The position numbers and the translations under genes were made by a program. A DNA stretch of 64,000 nt from Enterobacteria phage GiZh: the sequence record NC_054903.1; one strand, 5' to 3'. The notes beneath the pieces are model-generated. The model was given only the letters and a program-made list of their open reading frames with translations, did no database searches and was not told the DNA's origin. The first letter of the stretch is position 1. Each line of letters opens with the position of its first letter. Positions 37,561-47,331 of the stretch are shown here, one piece after another.

Positions 37561-38988
37561 CTAAAATTTTAATTCATTTGCCAAAGCATCTAACTGAGCT
37601 CGAGCGGATTCGTTTCTTTGATAGCGATTCTGTTCAGCCTGAATCTGCTGTGAACCTGCTACTTCGTTCACTTCAGTTGGAGTAGAATCTTGTTCAATTT
37701 CTACCCATTTTTGATTTCCTTTTTGAACACCCATCAAAAACTTATTCCACTTATTCTTATCACCATATCGTGATTTGATTTGCTTAATAAGTTGTTGTTC
37801 AGCAGCTGCCAACTCCTCGGTTTCAATGACCGCAAGCATAAAATCGGCTGTCGCTGGAAGACCAGCAGATTCTGCGATATCACTCATGTTAACATCAGAA
37901 GAATCCCAAGCTTGTTTACCAACCTGTGCTGCAGTCCAAAGAACAGTTTCGGTTTCAACAGCAAGAGCACGCAATTCCTCTGCAATAGCTTTAACAGTTG
38001 TGTAACTATTTTCTGAATAAACTCTAATGCGGCAAGATTTACAAATACCTAGATAGTCGACAATAATGATTGTTGGAACAAAATTCTTTTTGAGCTTCAA
38101 TTCATTCAAGAGAGACCTGAATGTGTTAGCATCTGCTCCACCAGTAGGGTACTGTTTAACGATTAAACGACCAAGAGTAGATTTCTCACGCCATTTTTCC
38201 ATTTTTCCTTTATACTCAGCGTAAGAAATATGTCCATCATCAATATCGTCAAGAGAAACATCGAGCATGTTAGCATCAATACGTTTAGCACAGACTTCTT
38301 CTGCCATTTCCATGGAAATGTAAAGAACATTATGTCCGAGCTGTAAATAATCTGCTGCCAATGAACACAATCCTAATGACTTACCAACGTTAACGCCAGC
38401 CATTAAAACGTTCAGCGTTCCAGTTTCAGCTCCGCCTTTCGTAATTTTGTTTAGAATTCTGAGTTTAAATGGAACCTTACGAGCTTTATTCATATAAGAT
38501 AGCCAACGTGCTTCGTAGTCATCCATCCAATCATGACCAACGTAGCTATCAAATGAAATTGATAATGCTTGACGCATGATGTCAGGAATAGCACCAACAT
38601 CCGGCATTTTCTTATTTCGTTTTTCCGGAGGAAGCTCAGCATTAGTTTGAATTTCGATTATTTTAGACGTAGCATTAAACATCGCCCTTTGCTGAACATA
38701 TTTTTCTGTTTCTTTTACTAACCAGCTGTGGTCTTCTGGAGAATCGGCTAGTTTTGAAATAAGTGTTTTTACACCAGAATATTCCGTTTCAGTAAATGAA
38801 CTATTTTCTAATGCAACATTTAACGCATTAATAGATGGAACGCTATGATACTCATTAACATGAGATTTAATTAATTTGAATGTATTTTTAGCTGGACCAC
38901 TTTCAAAATATTCTGAATCCATATATGGCCAAACTTTTGAAAAATAAGCTTGATCAAATATGAGATGAGAAAGAATAATTTCTACCAC
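37561..38988 (-). CDS. 41: replicative DNA helicase gp41 (DnaB-like)
   Basis: 475 aa, same as T4 gp41; Walker A GVNVGKS. Confidence 0.9.
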   Translation of the reverse strand: MVEIILSHLIFDQAYFSKVWPYMDSEYFESGPAKNTFKLIKSHVNEYHSVPSINALNVALENSSFTETEYSGVKTLISKLADSPEDHSWLVKETEKYVQQRAMFNATSKIIEIQTNAELPPEKRNKKMPDVGAIPDIMRQALSISFDSYVGHDWMDDYEARWLSYMNKARKVPFKLRILNKITKGGAETGTLNVLMAGVNVGKSLGLCSLAADYLQLGHNVLYISMEMAEEVCAKRIDANMLDVSLDDIDDGHISYAEYKGKMEKWREKSTLGRLIVKQYPTGGADANTFRSLLNELKLKKNFVPTIIIVDYLGICKSCRIRVYSENSYTTVKAIAEELRALAVETETVLWTAAQVGKQAWDSSDVNMSDIAESAGLPATADFMLAVIETEELAAAEQQLIKQIKSRYGDKNKWNKFLMGVQKGNQKWVEIEQDSTPTEVNEVAGSQQIQAEQNRYQRNESARAQLDALANELKF

Positions 38989-38997
38989 ACTTACTCC

Positions 38998-39342
38998 TTA
39001 AAAGAATTTAAATTTTTTCTTTGACCTTTTATTAAATGCATCTTGTAGTTGCATTGTAATACATTTTTCTACATGAGGAGCTAACTCAGCTTTTCTTTCT
39101 TGGTCAAGAACAGCAAAGTCCATTACGACTTTTCCATCAACCCAATCTAATTTTGTCACATACACAATGTGTGTAGAACCGTCTTCTAGTTTAATGACAA
39201 TCTCCTGGATAACATTTTCCATGGCAGATTTAATTATCTTAAGAGATTCATTAAAAAGACGTTCTTTTCTTTCTTCTTCCCCCTCCGAAGAGGGGGATTC
39301 ATCGATAATTTCTAGATCTAAATCTAAATCATCTTTATTCAT
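38998..39342 (-). CDS. 40: gp40-like protein
   Basis: position between 41 and uvsX; ~114 aa from internal ATG. Confidence 0.5.
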   Translation of the reverse strand: MNKDDLDLDLEIIDESPSSEGEEERKERLFNESLKIIKSAMENVIQEIVIKLEDGSTHIVYVTKLDWVDGKVVMDFAVLDQERKAELAPHVEKCITMQLQDAFNKRSKKKFKFF

Positions 39343-40516
39343 TAAATTCTTCCATATCACTTAACTGCTCGAGGTCAGTTTCTAAATCAGCAGCTGATTT
39401 ACTTTTACTTTCTGGAGATTTAAATTTTTCAACCTTTGAGTTAATCAATTCATCAACTTCAGCTTCAACAATTTCATTACTATCAATAGCACCTAACTGA
39501 TAAGCACGTTTAATAGCATCTCGGAATGGTTGATGCTTAAATAAAGGACCCCAGAATGTGGTGCAGTTGGTATCTTTTGCACGCCAAGATTTTTCTTCGC
39601 GAATCATCTCACCGGTTTCTTCATCAAGAAATTCACGAGCATACCAACCATTTTTAGGTTTTACCACGAATCCTAATTCTAGAGCCATATCTAACAATCC
39701 AGAATAAGGATCGATACCGCCGTCAAATTTAACATCAATAAAGAATTTACTTTTTTCTTTAACGGTACGAGATTTTTCTACATTTAGAACAAATTGATAC
39801 CCCTGAAGATCAGAACCATCTTTAATCTGGCGTTTACCGATAATGAATACAGTATCAGCCGAATACATTACGCCTGTACCACCTGTCATCACGGTTTTAC
39901 TAAACATTTCAATTGTTTCAATTGTATGGTTAACCGCAACACATGGAATATTTTTAATGCTAAAATAAGGAGTAACAATACGGAATAATGACTTCAGTGA
40001 TTTAGCACGAGTCATATCTGCCACAGATTTTTCATTCAAGGCATCTTCCGTTTCTTTCTTAGAAGCCATATTACCGATTGAGTCGATGAATACAATAACC
40101 TTTTCACCACGCTCAATAGCTTCAAGCTGATTCACCATATCAATTTTCAGCTGTTCAACTGACTGGATTGGCGTATGAATTACTCGTTCCGGGTCAACTC
40201 CCATGGATCGCAAATAAGCTGGAGTAATACCAAATTCGCTATCATAGAATAGACAAACCGCGTCAGGATATTTGTTCAAATACGCCGCAACCATAGTCAA
40301 AGACATATTTGATTTAAAGTGTTTAGAAGGACCTGCAAAAATAGTTAAACCAGACTGCATGCCGCCATCAATCGCACCAGAAATAGCAATATTAAGCATT
40401 GGAATTTTTGTACGAATTACATCCTTTTCATTAAAGAATTTAGATGTAGTCAGTTCAGCAGTCATTTTAGAAGTGGAAGCTTTAATCAAACGGGATTTTA
40501 AATCTGCAATAGACAT
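39335..40516 (-). CDS. uvsX: UvsX recombinase (RecA-like)
   Basis: 393 aa; RecA-fold motifs; T4 UvsX ~391 aa. Confidence 0.9.
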   Translation of the reverse strand: MSIADLKSRLIKASTSKMTAELTTSKFFNEKDVIRTKIPMLNIAISGAIDGGMQSGLTIFAGPSKHFKSNMSLTMVAAYLNKYPDAVCLFYDSEFGITPAYLRSMGVDPERVIHTPIQSVEQLKIDMVNQLEAIERGEKVIVFIDSIGNMASKKETEDALNEKSVADMTRAKSLKSLFRIVTPYFSIKNIPCVAVNHTIETIEMFSKTVMTGGTGVMYSADTVFIIGKRQIKDGSDLQGYQFVLNVEKSRTVKEKSKFFIDVKFDGGIDPYSGLLDMALELGFVVKPKNGWYAREFLDEETGEMIREEKSWRAKDTNCTTFWGPLFKHQPFRDAIKRAYQLGAIDSNEIVEAEVDELINSKVEKFKSPESKSKSAADLETDLEQLSDMEEFNE

Positions 40517-40593
40517 TCATTTTTTCCATAGGCATCATTATATTTTCCTCACTGGTTAAAGATAGAGTAATTATAACACAATAAATTTAGGCA

Positions 40594-41442
40594 TTAATCA
40601 ACTGCTATTGGATGAATAGCATTAAACTTATGAAATGCTTCTGATTTTTCTTTACGCGAAACACACATGCGAAGAACCTTTAGTGGTTCATCTTCTTCAC
40701 CCAACGATTTTCGTTTTTCAATATTAGAAGTTTTCCAACGAGCTTGCTCTGGAAACTCTCTATTGATTTGCTCAAGCGCTCTATTATGTTTAGAATTACT
40801 GCGAATTGAACTGCACCCGCCAGGAGCTTGTGCTTTTCCAGATACAACCAGATATTTGAACAAGGCCAAATGCGGATAACCTTGATTAATTAAATTGAGA
40901 AATGCATACATATCTTCGCACAAATCAATTTTTCCATACCCAATTTGTTCTGTCGTAAGTTTTCCAAGGTCATACCATGTATTCGTGAATCCATATGAAT
41001 TTTCACGATAATTACCCCAAGATGAAGTAATTTTAAAAATAGGTAGACGAGCATGGCCATGATAATACCCACAATCCATGGCATCCTCAACATATTGAAT
41101 CAATTCATAGAACTGTTCACGAGTCAATTGATTGACTTTATCCACACAACGACGATCATCTCTTTTTCGCATTGAACTCATACGAATAGTAGTATCATCG
41201 TCAATCATCCAGATTCGTTGACCTGCATACATATCAGTAATTGCTTTACGAGTGCCGGCAATTCCGTTTACATCATCAGGAATAGTTACAATTTTAGCTC
41301 TAGACCCGTAAGCGTCATAATAAGCTTTTTCTTCGTGTTCACGCACTACAATATGGGGTTCATAATCAGTCGGAAACATATCAAGGGCAGAAACTGCCCC
41401 TACACGTTGATAGCTCGGAATTACGAATTGAATCATTTCCAC
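40594..41442 (-). CDS. putative DNA-hydroxymethylcytosine glycosyltransferase, GT-A type (not T4 beta-gt)
   Basis: 282 aa at the locus where T4 has beta-gt (351 aa); DDD (DxD-like) motif in IWMIDDDTTI; no resemblance to T4 beta-gt as I recall it. Confidence 0.4.
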   Translation of the reverse strand: MEMIQFVIPSYQRVGAVSALDMFPTDYEPHIVVREHEEKAYYDAYGSRAKIVTIPDDVNGIAGTRKAITDMYAGQRIWMIDDDTTIRMSSMRKRDDRRCVDKVNQLTREQFYELIQYVEDAMDCGYYHGHARLPIFKITSSWGNYRENSYGFTNTWYDLGKLTTEQIGYGKIDLCEDMYAFLNLINQGYPHLALFKYLVVSGKAQAPGGCSSIRSNSKHNRALEQINREFPEQARWKTSNIEKRKSLGEEDEPLKVLRMCVSRKEKSEAFHKFNAIHPIAVD

Positions 41443-42173
41443 TCACCGTTATAATCTTTTTTCACAATATGAGTTTCGCCAGTATTCCACCAATGATCAA
41501 CCAAGTAAAAATGACGAGAATATACATGAAGACTTCCAACATTCCATATAATAGAACCTGCTTTATACTGACGAGTTGAATCGCCTGCATTCAAATCAGA
41601 TACTAATTTATCTAATACGTATTTTTGCCATGCATAATCATTACGGAATCCGAAGACCACGTCATTTGAGCGCATGCTTACTACTGCATTGACTTTCTTA
41701 TCACGAATCAGGTACTGTACTGTATTAGTACACATGAAATCTGACATACCATCTTTATTGTAGTCAAATTGCATGGATGGACGAGTATAAATCATGATAC
41801 CACGTCGAGAATCAGGATTTTGACCAAGTTCAGCTAAACACATATCATACTGGGCATAGTTATCTTCTGACCAAATAGCCCAACCATAATTCGAGTTAAT
41901 TTCGCCTTTAGAAGATGCTACCTGCTGCCAAATCTTTGGTGTTTCACCTGGAATATCTTTAACAAACAAGCTCTTAGATTTATACCATTCAAGTTCACGC
42001 TGAATGTATTCATCATTAAGAGCGCCAAAAATAAACGGTTCATCTGCTACAAATGATGCGCCAATAATTTCAATAGTTTTAACACCAGTTTTATCAACTA
42101 CGAAATCTTTTTCCTTTAATGCAAGCCCCAAATGAAGACGGATTTCTTCAACTGTCATAGAGTCACTAATCAT
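41433..42173 (-). CDS. 42: dCMP hydroxymethylase gp42
   Basis: 246 aa, same as T4 gp42; thymidylate-synthase-like fold motifs. Confidence 0.85.
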   Translation of the reverse strand: MISDSMTVEEIRLHLGLALKEKDFVVDKTGVKTIEIIGASFVADEPFIFGALNDEYIQRELEWYKSKSLFVKDIPGETPKIWQQVASSKGEINSNYGWAIWSEDNYAQYDMCLAELGQNPDSRRGIMIYTRPSMQFDYNKDGMSDFMCTNTVQYLIRDKKVNAVVSMRSNDVVFGFRNDYAWQKYVLDKLVSDLNAGDSTRQYKAGSIIWNVGSLHVYSRHFYLVDHWWNTGETHIVKKDYNGEWK

Positions 42174-42180
42174 TTAAACC

Positions 42181-42330
42181 TCAATTGATGCATTCATATT
42201 TAAATTGTAACAGTAATAAACCCCACCCTATGATAAGAGTTGGAATCATAGCAGGAACTGTTACGCTATAGTATATACTTATTATAACCATCAAGATTAA
42301 AAGCAACACTGTTATAATTTTGCTTTTCAT
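42181..42330 (-). CDS. small membrane peptide (49 aa)
   Basis: hydrophobic; ATG overlaps imm stop; below cut-off. Confidence 0.3.
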   Translation of the reverse strand: MKSKIITVLLLILMVIISIYYSVTVPAMIPTLIIGWGLLLLQFKYECIN

Positions 42331-42578
42331 TCTTTCTCTCTGATGATAATTACCTGATTTGGCTGTGCAGACTTTTTAGTTTCACTAGCAATTGACCAAA
42401 TAAATGTAATAAACCAACCAATAATTGACCAGTTAAACAGTAAAGACGTGAAAAAGATTCCTACTGTCGATTTTGACCCACGCATCAAGGCGATAAACCA
42501 TGGAAGCATGTATATAATAATAGCCAACACACCTGAAACTAAAACCATAAAAATTGAACCTGCTACTAAAGTTTCCAT
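42327..42578 (-). CDS. imm: immunity (superinfection exclusion) protein Imm
   Basis: 83 aa; sequence recognised; two TM helices. Confidence 0.85.
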   Translation of the reverse strand: METLVAGSIFMVLVSGVLAIIIYMLPWFIALMRGSKSTVGIFFTSLLFNWSIIGWFITFIWSIASETKKSAQPNQVIIIREKE

Positions 42579-42593
42579 GTTTTCCTCACTTAG

Positions 42594-42968
42594 TCAATTT
42601 TTTTTTACACATGAATTATAAGAATTCACTACATACTCCATCGGAGCATTTTTACCAGTACGCCATTGGTAATTATTAGCCCAATTAGCCCAAATTTCGG
42701 CGCAGTAGTTTTCAATTTTTTCTTCGCGTGTAATTACATCAGAATTACGATATGCTTGAGCAGATTCATCTGGACGAATAGCTTCGTCAAAATTCGCCTG
42801 CATTTGTTCTACTGTTTGCTTTGGAGCTTCTTTATAACACTTGACATTAGGATTATAAAATTTGCTTGAACAGTTTACAATTTTTCCTACACCAGACTGA
42901 TTTACTACCGGTCCTTGAGCTACACAACCAGTAAGACCTAATGCAATAACCAAAATAGCGATTTTCAT
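42594..42968 (-). CDS. lipoprotein (124 aa)
   Basis: signal peptide with lipobox LTGC. Confidence 0.55.
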   Translation of the reverse strand: MKIAILVIALGLTGCVAQGPVVNQSGVGKIVNCSSKFYNPNVKCYKEAPKQTVEQMQANFDEAIRPDESAQAYRNSDVITREEKIENYCAEIWANWANNYQWRTGKNAPMEYVVNSYNSCVKKN

Positions 42969-42978
42969 AATAATTTCC

Positions 42979-43215
42979 TCAAATGCAAGTAGTAATTACT
43001 CCAGTAGTGCTTATGCAGGTATTACCCATTTGCACACCTAAAGATCCATTTGTATTCACATGAAGATTATCATCAATTTTAACTGATATTTTACCATTAG
43101 TGTGAATAACGGTGCTAGATTCAATCACAGGTTGAGTATCATTTTCAACACTAACAAATGGAACTGCTGCTAATGCAACTAAACAAACTGCTAAGCATCC
43201 CATAACAATTTTCAT
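42979..43215 (-). CDS. secreted/envelope protein (78 aa)
   Basis: signal peptide; start at ATG with GGAGAA RBS. Confidence 0.5.
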   Translation of the reverse strand: MKIVMGCLAVCLVALAAVPFVSVENDTQPVIESSTVIHTNGKISVKIDDNLHVNTNGSLGVQMGNTCISTTGVITTCI

Positions 43216-43244
43216 TTTATTCTCCAAATCTGTATCAGTAGTTG

Positions 43245-43305
43245 ATAGTTGTATAGTACCATGGAAGAACAGTCTTGTAAACAGTTTTGTGAAAATTTTT
43301 TAGGG
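43245..43305 (-). promoter_or_regulatory. early promoter cassette
   Basis: GTTTAC at 43277-43282 (- strand) and GGTACTATAC; conserved leader. Confidence 0.55.
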
Positions 43306-43360
43306 AATTCTAAAGGTCCAGAATCATCTGTTTTTCATAAGTATAGATTTATATTACTTG

Positions 43361-43386
43361 TATGAAAAAGGGACCCGGAGGTCCCT
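43361..43386 (-). terminator. hairpin (GGGACC-UCCG-GGUCCC) + U-run after gene 43
   Basis: stem-loop followed by tttttcata on - strand. Confidence 0.55.
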
Positions 43387-43398
43387 AGATTTATTCTA

Positions 43399-46095
43399 TC
43401 AGCCAAACAGGAAGTCTAACGAAGCTTTTTCTTCATAGTCCATACCAGCCGATTCACACATGCCTGCAAGCGGTTTAACAAACGATTTTTGGAACAAAGT
43501 TGAGTAGTCAATCCAAGACAATACGTCAGAACGAATTTCTTTTGGAAGTTCTGTGCCCGACGGCCAAGCAATGCACTTGTCACCAAATGGATTTCCTTCA
43601 CGCAATGGAAGAACCATTACTTTATTTCCATCCAAAATTGGAGCTACACCTAAACCGTTAACAGCTCGACGATAAGTTAGCACACCACGAATATGGAACG
43701 GGCATTTAAATCCTGGCCAACCTTTATCATCATATTTCGCTATATCGTTCGCAGTTTTTACTTCAGCGATAACTTTATAGTCAAGTTGACGATATTCTTT
43801 CTCGAAGTTCTTGTAGTATTCTTGAACAGACTCTTCACCTTCCTGAAGAATACGACGAATACTTTCTTCGAGTGCTTCTTGCACTGCTTTTGGTGTTGAA
43901 CTCTGCTGAGTTTCCATACCCATGATTTTTAGATGCGGTTCAGCAAATCGCTTATCTTCCATATCATAAACGTTCAGAGCATAACGCTTTTTCGCTTTCC
44001 AAAATCCGCCAACGCCCTTTGAACCAAGTGGAGGGCAAGAAATAGCTTCACGGTCCATATGCATCAGATGCTCGCGGTTATTCATATAATCACATAACTC
44101 ACGATATGCAACATCAATCATAGGTTCCATCTTTTTCTTACCGAATTGATTCATGAATTCAACTAAATCGTTCTGCTCTTTGAATCGGTCAAGACCAACT
44201 TTTTCAATAACTTTATCTACACAAACATATACCGAATCAGTATCACCTGCTGCGATGAAATCTTCGCCATTAGTTCCACATACTTTATTCAGATACTCAT
44301 TAATTTTACGAGCAATCCACTGAATACCAACTTGACCAAAAATTGTGATAGCAGTAGCATTTCGCAAATCATAGTAACGGAAATGAATGTTACCAAGAGC
44401 ACCATAAAGACTATTAATAAGAATTTTACGGTTCAGCTGATTTGTGTTAGCAAGTGTAGCTGCTTTTTCACATTCTTCAATCAAACTATTGAGAACAGAT
44501 TCAGTATAATTCGATAGTTCATTTAAGAAATCATCACTGAACTTAACATATCGTTCAACTTCAGGTTTAGTTGAACAAGACCCTGCGCCTTTCATAATAA
44601 TCTTTTTAATAGCTTCGGCATTCATTTCTTCAGCGAACATTTTCTTTTTCCAATCTTTACGCTGGAAAAATACTTTAGCGATTTCCTTTGGAATGATACC
44701 TTCTTGATGCTTATCGTACATCCATCCATTCGGAGAACAAGAATATTCATCACTCGGTTTAGGAGCTGTTCCTGCGATATATTCATGAATTGGATGAACT
44801 TTAAACTGCCCACGAATAGTCTCAGGACTAATGTTAACCTGACGAATAATGCTCGGATACAGAGACGTCAAGTCAAAACTCATAATATATCGACGAGCAA
44901 TTGGTTTAGGTTCAAACACAAATGCACCCGGAAAACTCTGTTTAACATGCGAACCTTGTTGAGGAATAACCTTATGTTCACCTTTCAATGAGTTAAAAAT
45001 AATAGCATCCCAGGTTTTAATAGGACTCATTACACCAGAAAAAGGCATTTTAGCGTAATAAGACATACTTAAAACTAGATCGATAAACCCGCGGATTTTA
45101 TCAATTGCTTGAACTGATTCTACGTCAATGATGTTATAACTAATGTATCGTTGATGATTAGTCTCACGAAGTTTATTAATAGGACCGTCGTATGGTAATT
45201 TACCTTTTTTGGTTTCATGCTGAGCAACTGATTCCAAAGAGAATGACGGCAAATTAGTAAATGCGAATTTCTTATACAAATCTAAATAATCAAGAATAGA
45301 TACGCCATCAATAGAATAAATTTCTTTGCTACCGTACATATTTTGGATAAGTTTAGATTTTACTCGACCGATTGGAGAGAAGCGTTTCATACTACGTTCA
45401 CCGAGAACCATTTTAACGCGATTCATGATATACGGAACGTCAAATCCCTCAATATTCCAACCAGTAAAAATAGCAGGTCGTTTCTGTTCCCAAAGATTGA
45501 TATATTCCATGAGCATATCACGCTCGTTATCGAATGGCATATAAATTACTCGGTCAAGAATTTCTTGAGGAACTTCATCACCACCTTCACAGTCAAGCTT
45601 AGCAGCTAACTTTGCATCCCATTTTGATACTGAACCGTACATTGAATTCAAAAGGTCGAAAACATAAAAACGGTCATCAATTGAATCGTAATGAGTGATA
45701 GCATCAATTTCATATTCTGCTTTCATTGGGTCAGGAAATTTATCACCAGTAACCTCAATGTCACAGTTAGCTACACGAACAAATTTTCGGTCATAAACAA
45801 TTTCTGAACCATATGTATCACTGATATAAGCGAGTTTAAAATCGTTCATACCGAGAGCTTCGAGACCGATGTCTTCCATTCGCTTCATCCAGTCTCGAGC
45901 ATCTTTCATTGATGGAAATTTTTGAGGAGCGCAATTTTTACCATAGATGTCTTTGTATTTTGACTCTTCCTTACAATGTCTAAACATAGTTGGAAGATAT
46001 TCTACTTCACGAGTACGTTCCTTTCCGTTTTCATCAATATAACGTTCAACAATGTTATTTCCGACTGTTTCAATAGAGATATAAAATTCTTTCAT
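43399..46095 (-). CDS. 43: DNA polymerase gp43 (family B)
   Basis: 898 aa, same as T4 gp43; exonuclease and polymerase motifs. Confidence 0.95.
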   Translation of the reverse strand: MKEFYISIETVGNNIVERYIDENGKERTREVEYLPTMFRHCKEESKYKDIYGKNCAPQKFPSMKDARDWMKRMEDIGLEALGMNDFKLAYISDTYGSEIVYDRKFVRVANCDIEVTGDKFPDPMKAEYEIDAITHYDSIDDRFYVFDLLNSMYGSVSKWDAKLAAKLDCEGGDEVPQEILDRVIYMPFDNERDMLMEYINLWEQKRPAIFTGWNIEGFDVPYIMNRVKMVLGERSMKRFSPIGRVKSKLIQNMYGSKEIYSIDGVSILDYLDLYKKFAFTNLPSFSLESVAQHETKKGKLPYDGPINKLRETNHQRYISYNIIDVESVQAIDKIRGFIDLVLSMSYYAKMPFSGVMSPIKTWDAIIFNSLKGEHKVIPQQGSHVKQSFPGAFVFEPKPIARRYIMSFDLTSLYPSIIRQVNISPETIRGQFKVHPIHEYIAGTAPKPSDEYSCSPNGWMYDKHQEGIIPKEIAKVFFQRKDWKKKMFAEEMNAEAIKKIIMKGAGSCSTKPEVERYVKFSDDFLNELSNYTESVLNSLIEECEKAATLANTNQLNRKILINSLYGALGNIHFRYYDLRNATAITIFGQVGIQWIARKINEYLNKVCGTNGEDFIAAGDTDSVYVCVDKVIEKVGLDRFKEQNDLVEFMNQFGKKKMEPMIDVAYRELCDYMNNREHLMHMDREAISCPPLGSKGVGGFWKAKKRYALNVYDMEDKRFAEPHLKIMGMETQQSSTPKAVQEALEESIRRILQEGEESVQEYYKNFEKEYRQLDYKVIAEVKTANDIAKYDDKGWPGFKCPFHIRGVLTYRRAVNGLGVAPILDGNKVMVLPLREGNPFGDKCIAWPSGTELPKEIRSDVLSWIDYSTLFQKSFVKPLAGMCESAGMDYEEKASLDFLFG

Positions 46096-46135
46096 AGATA
46101 TTCCTTAGTTTATAGCCCGAGTTATTAGGCTCTTG
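46096..46135 (-). promoter_or_regulatory. gene 43 translational operator hairpin (GAGCC-UAAUAACUC-GGGCU) plus SD
   Basis: matches the T4 gp43 autoregulatory RNA hairpin with loop AAUAACUC followed by AAGGA and AUG. Confidence 0.65.
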
Positions 46136-46153
46136 ATATATTATACTCCAAAT

Positions 46154-46171
46154 AAGGGGCCGAAGCCCCTT
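46154..46171 (-). terminator. hairpin (GGGGCUUCGGCCCC) between the 73-aa ORF and gene 43
   Basis: perfect UUCG-loop stem; weak U-run; TATAAT follows on - strand. Confidence 0.4.
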
Positions 46172-46173
46172 GC

Positions 46174-46395
46174 TTAAATTAGTACTATTTGTCGGTGAAA
46201 AATTGTCATTCCATCTGCATTAATTGACTTAACGACTGCAGTAAAGTGTTTTTGTTCTGGGTGAATTAATTTTTGAAATTCTACCTGAAATTTTAGTTGA
46301 AGGTTTTCTGGTAAATCGAAAAGTGTTTCTGTTGCAGAAAGATTATATTTTTCTTTAAGAGACGCCATGTATTCTTGTGGAGTTATAGCAGTCAT
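46174..46395 (-). CDS. hypothetical protein (73 aa) between regA and gene 43
   Basis: ATG overlaps regA stop region; ORF-track 87-aa version overlaps regA. Confidence 0.45.
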   Translation of the reverse strand: MTAITPQEYMASLKEKYNLSATETLFDLPENLQLKFQVEFQKLIHPEQKHFTAVVKSINADGMTIFHRQIVLI

Positions 46396-46396
46396 A

Positions 46397-46765
46397 TTAA
46401 TTACCAATCGTATATTTAGGAACGAGTTTCCATTCATGTTTTTGTTTAAAAGAAATAACTCGGAAGTTATTAGTTAAATCTTTCATAAAAGTTCTTTGAC
46501 CAGGAACGATTTCAATCAGCCCCCAATCTTCTAACAACCATGCAATCGAATCACGACGAACTTCATCTTCTTCTGTCATTTCAACTTGACGACCATCCAT
46601 ACGAAGCATTTCTTTAAAATGAACGATATAGTATAGTCCTTTTTTCTGAAGAATATGACAGGACTGATACAGAACTTTATCTTTATTATTAGCAATTCCC
46701 ATACGAGTCAAAGTTTCTTTTACTTTCAGAAAATCTTCAGGTTTTTTAAGAGTAATTTCAATCAT
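46397..46765 (-). CDS. regA: translational repressor RegA
   Basis: 122 aa; sequence recognised. Confidence 0.85.
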   Translation of the reverse strand: MIEITLKKPEDFLKVKETLTRMGIANNKDKVLYQSCHILQKKGLYYIVHFKEMLRMDGRQVEMTEEDEVRRDSIAWLLEDWGLIEIVPGQRTFMKDLTNNFRVISFKQKHEWKLVPKYTIGN

Positions 46766-46766
46766 T

Positions 46767-47330
46767 TTACCATTCCAATGCTAGTTTTTTGAGTTGTTTC
46801 TGTTCTTTTACGTTCTTAGTCACTTCTTTCAAAAAATCATCCGTGACTAAACCTTTTAGTTCTTTTAATACTAAAGGAAGTTTTCCATTTTTAGTAAGAA
46901 TTGATTTATAGTTAATTGCATCATTTGTATTAACTTGATACCGCTTAGCAATTAACTTAATAATCAATACTTCGGTGGAATCTTCAACTAGTTTTGCCCA
47001 TTTACCATATCTTTTACCACGAGGAACTGCAGCCATTAGATAATTAAAATGAGCTTCATCACTTAAGCCTGATCCAATTAAATTCATAGCATATACAGCT
47101 GGCATGCACTCTGGAAATTGTGATAATGCATTTTCAACCATGAATTTTGAATAATCTTTTTGAGCAATAGAGCATTTAGTTTTATTATTAATAGCTCCAA
47201 TTATTTCAAAAAACTCATTTTCAGCTTTTTCTTTAAAAGAATCAGCAGCGGATTGGACAGCTGTCCAATCTTTTGAATACCAAGCAACTTGATGCTCGTT
47301 TAATTGAATATCATCTTCAAATAAGCTCAT
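46767..47330 (-). CDS. 62: clamp loader small subunit gp62
   Basis: 187 aa, same as T4 gp62. Confidence 0.85.
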   Translation of the reverse strand: MSLFEDDIQLNEHQVAWYSKDWTAVQSAADSFKEKAENEFFEIIGAINNKTKCSIAQKDYSKFMVENALSQFPECMPAVYAMNLIGSGLSDEAHFNYLMAAVPRGKRYGKWAKLVEDSTEVLIIKLIAKRYQVNTNDAINYKSILTKNGKLPLVLKELKGLVTDDFLKEVTKNVKEQKQLKKLALEW

Positions 47331-47331
47331 A

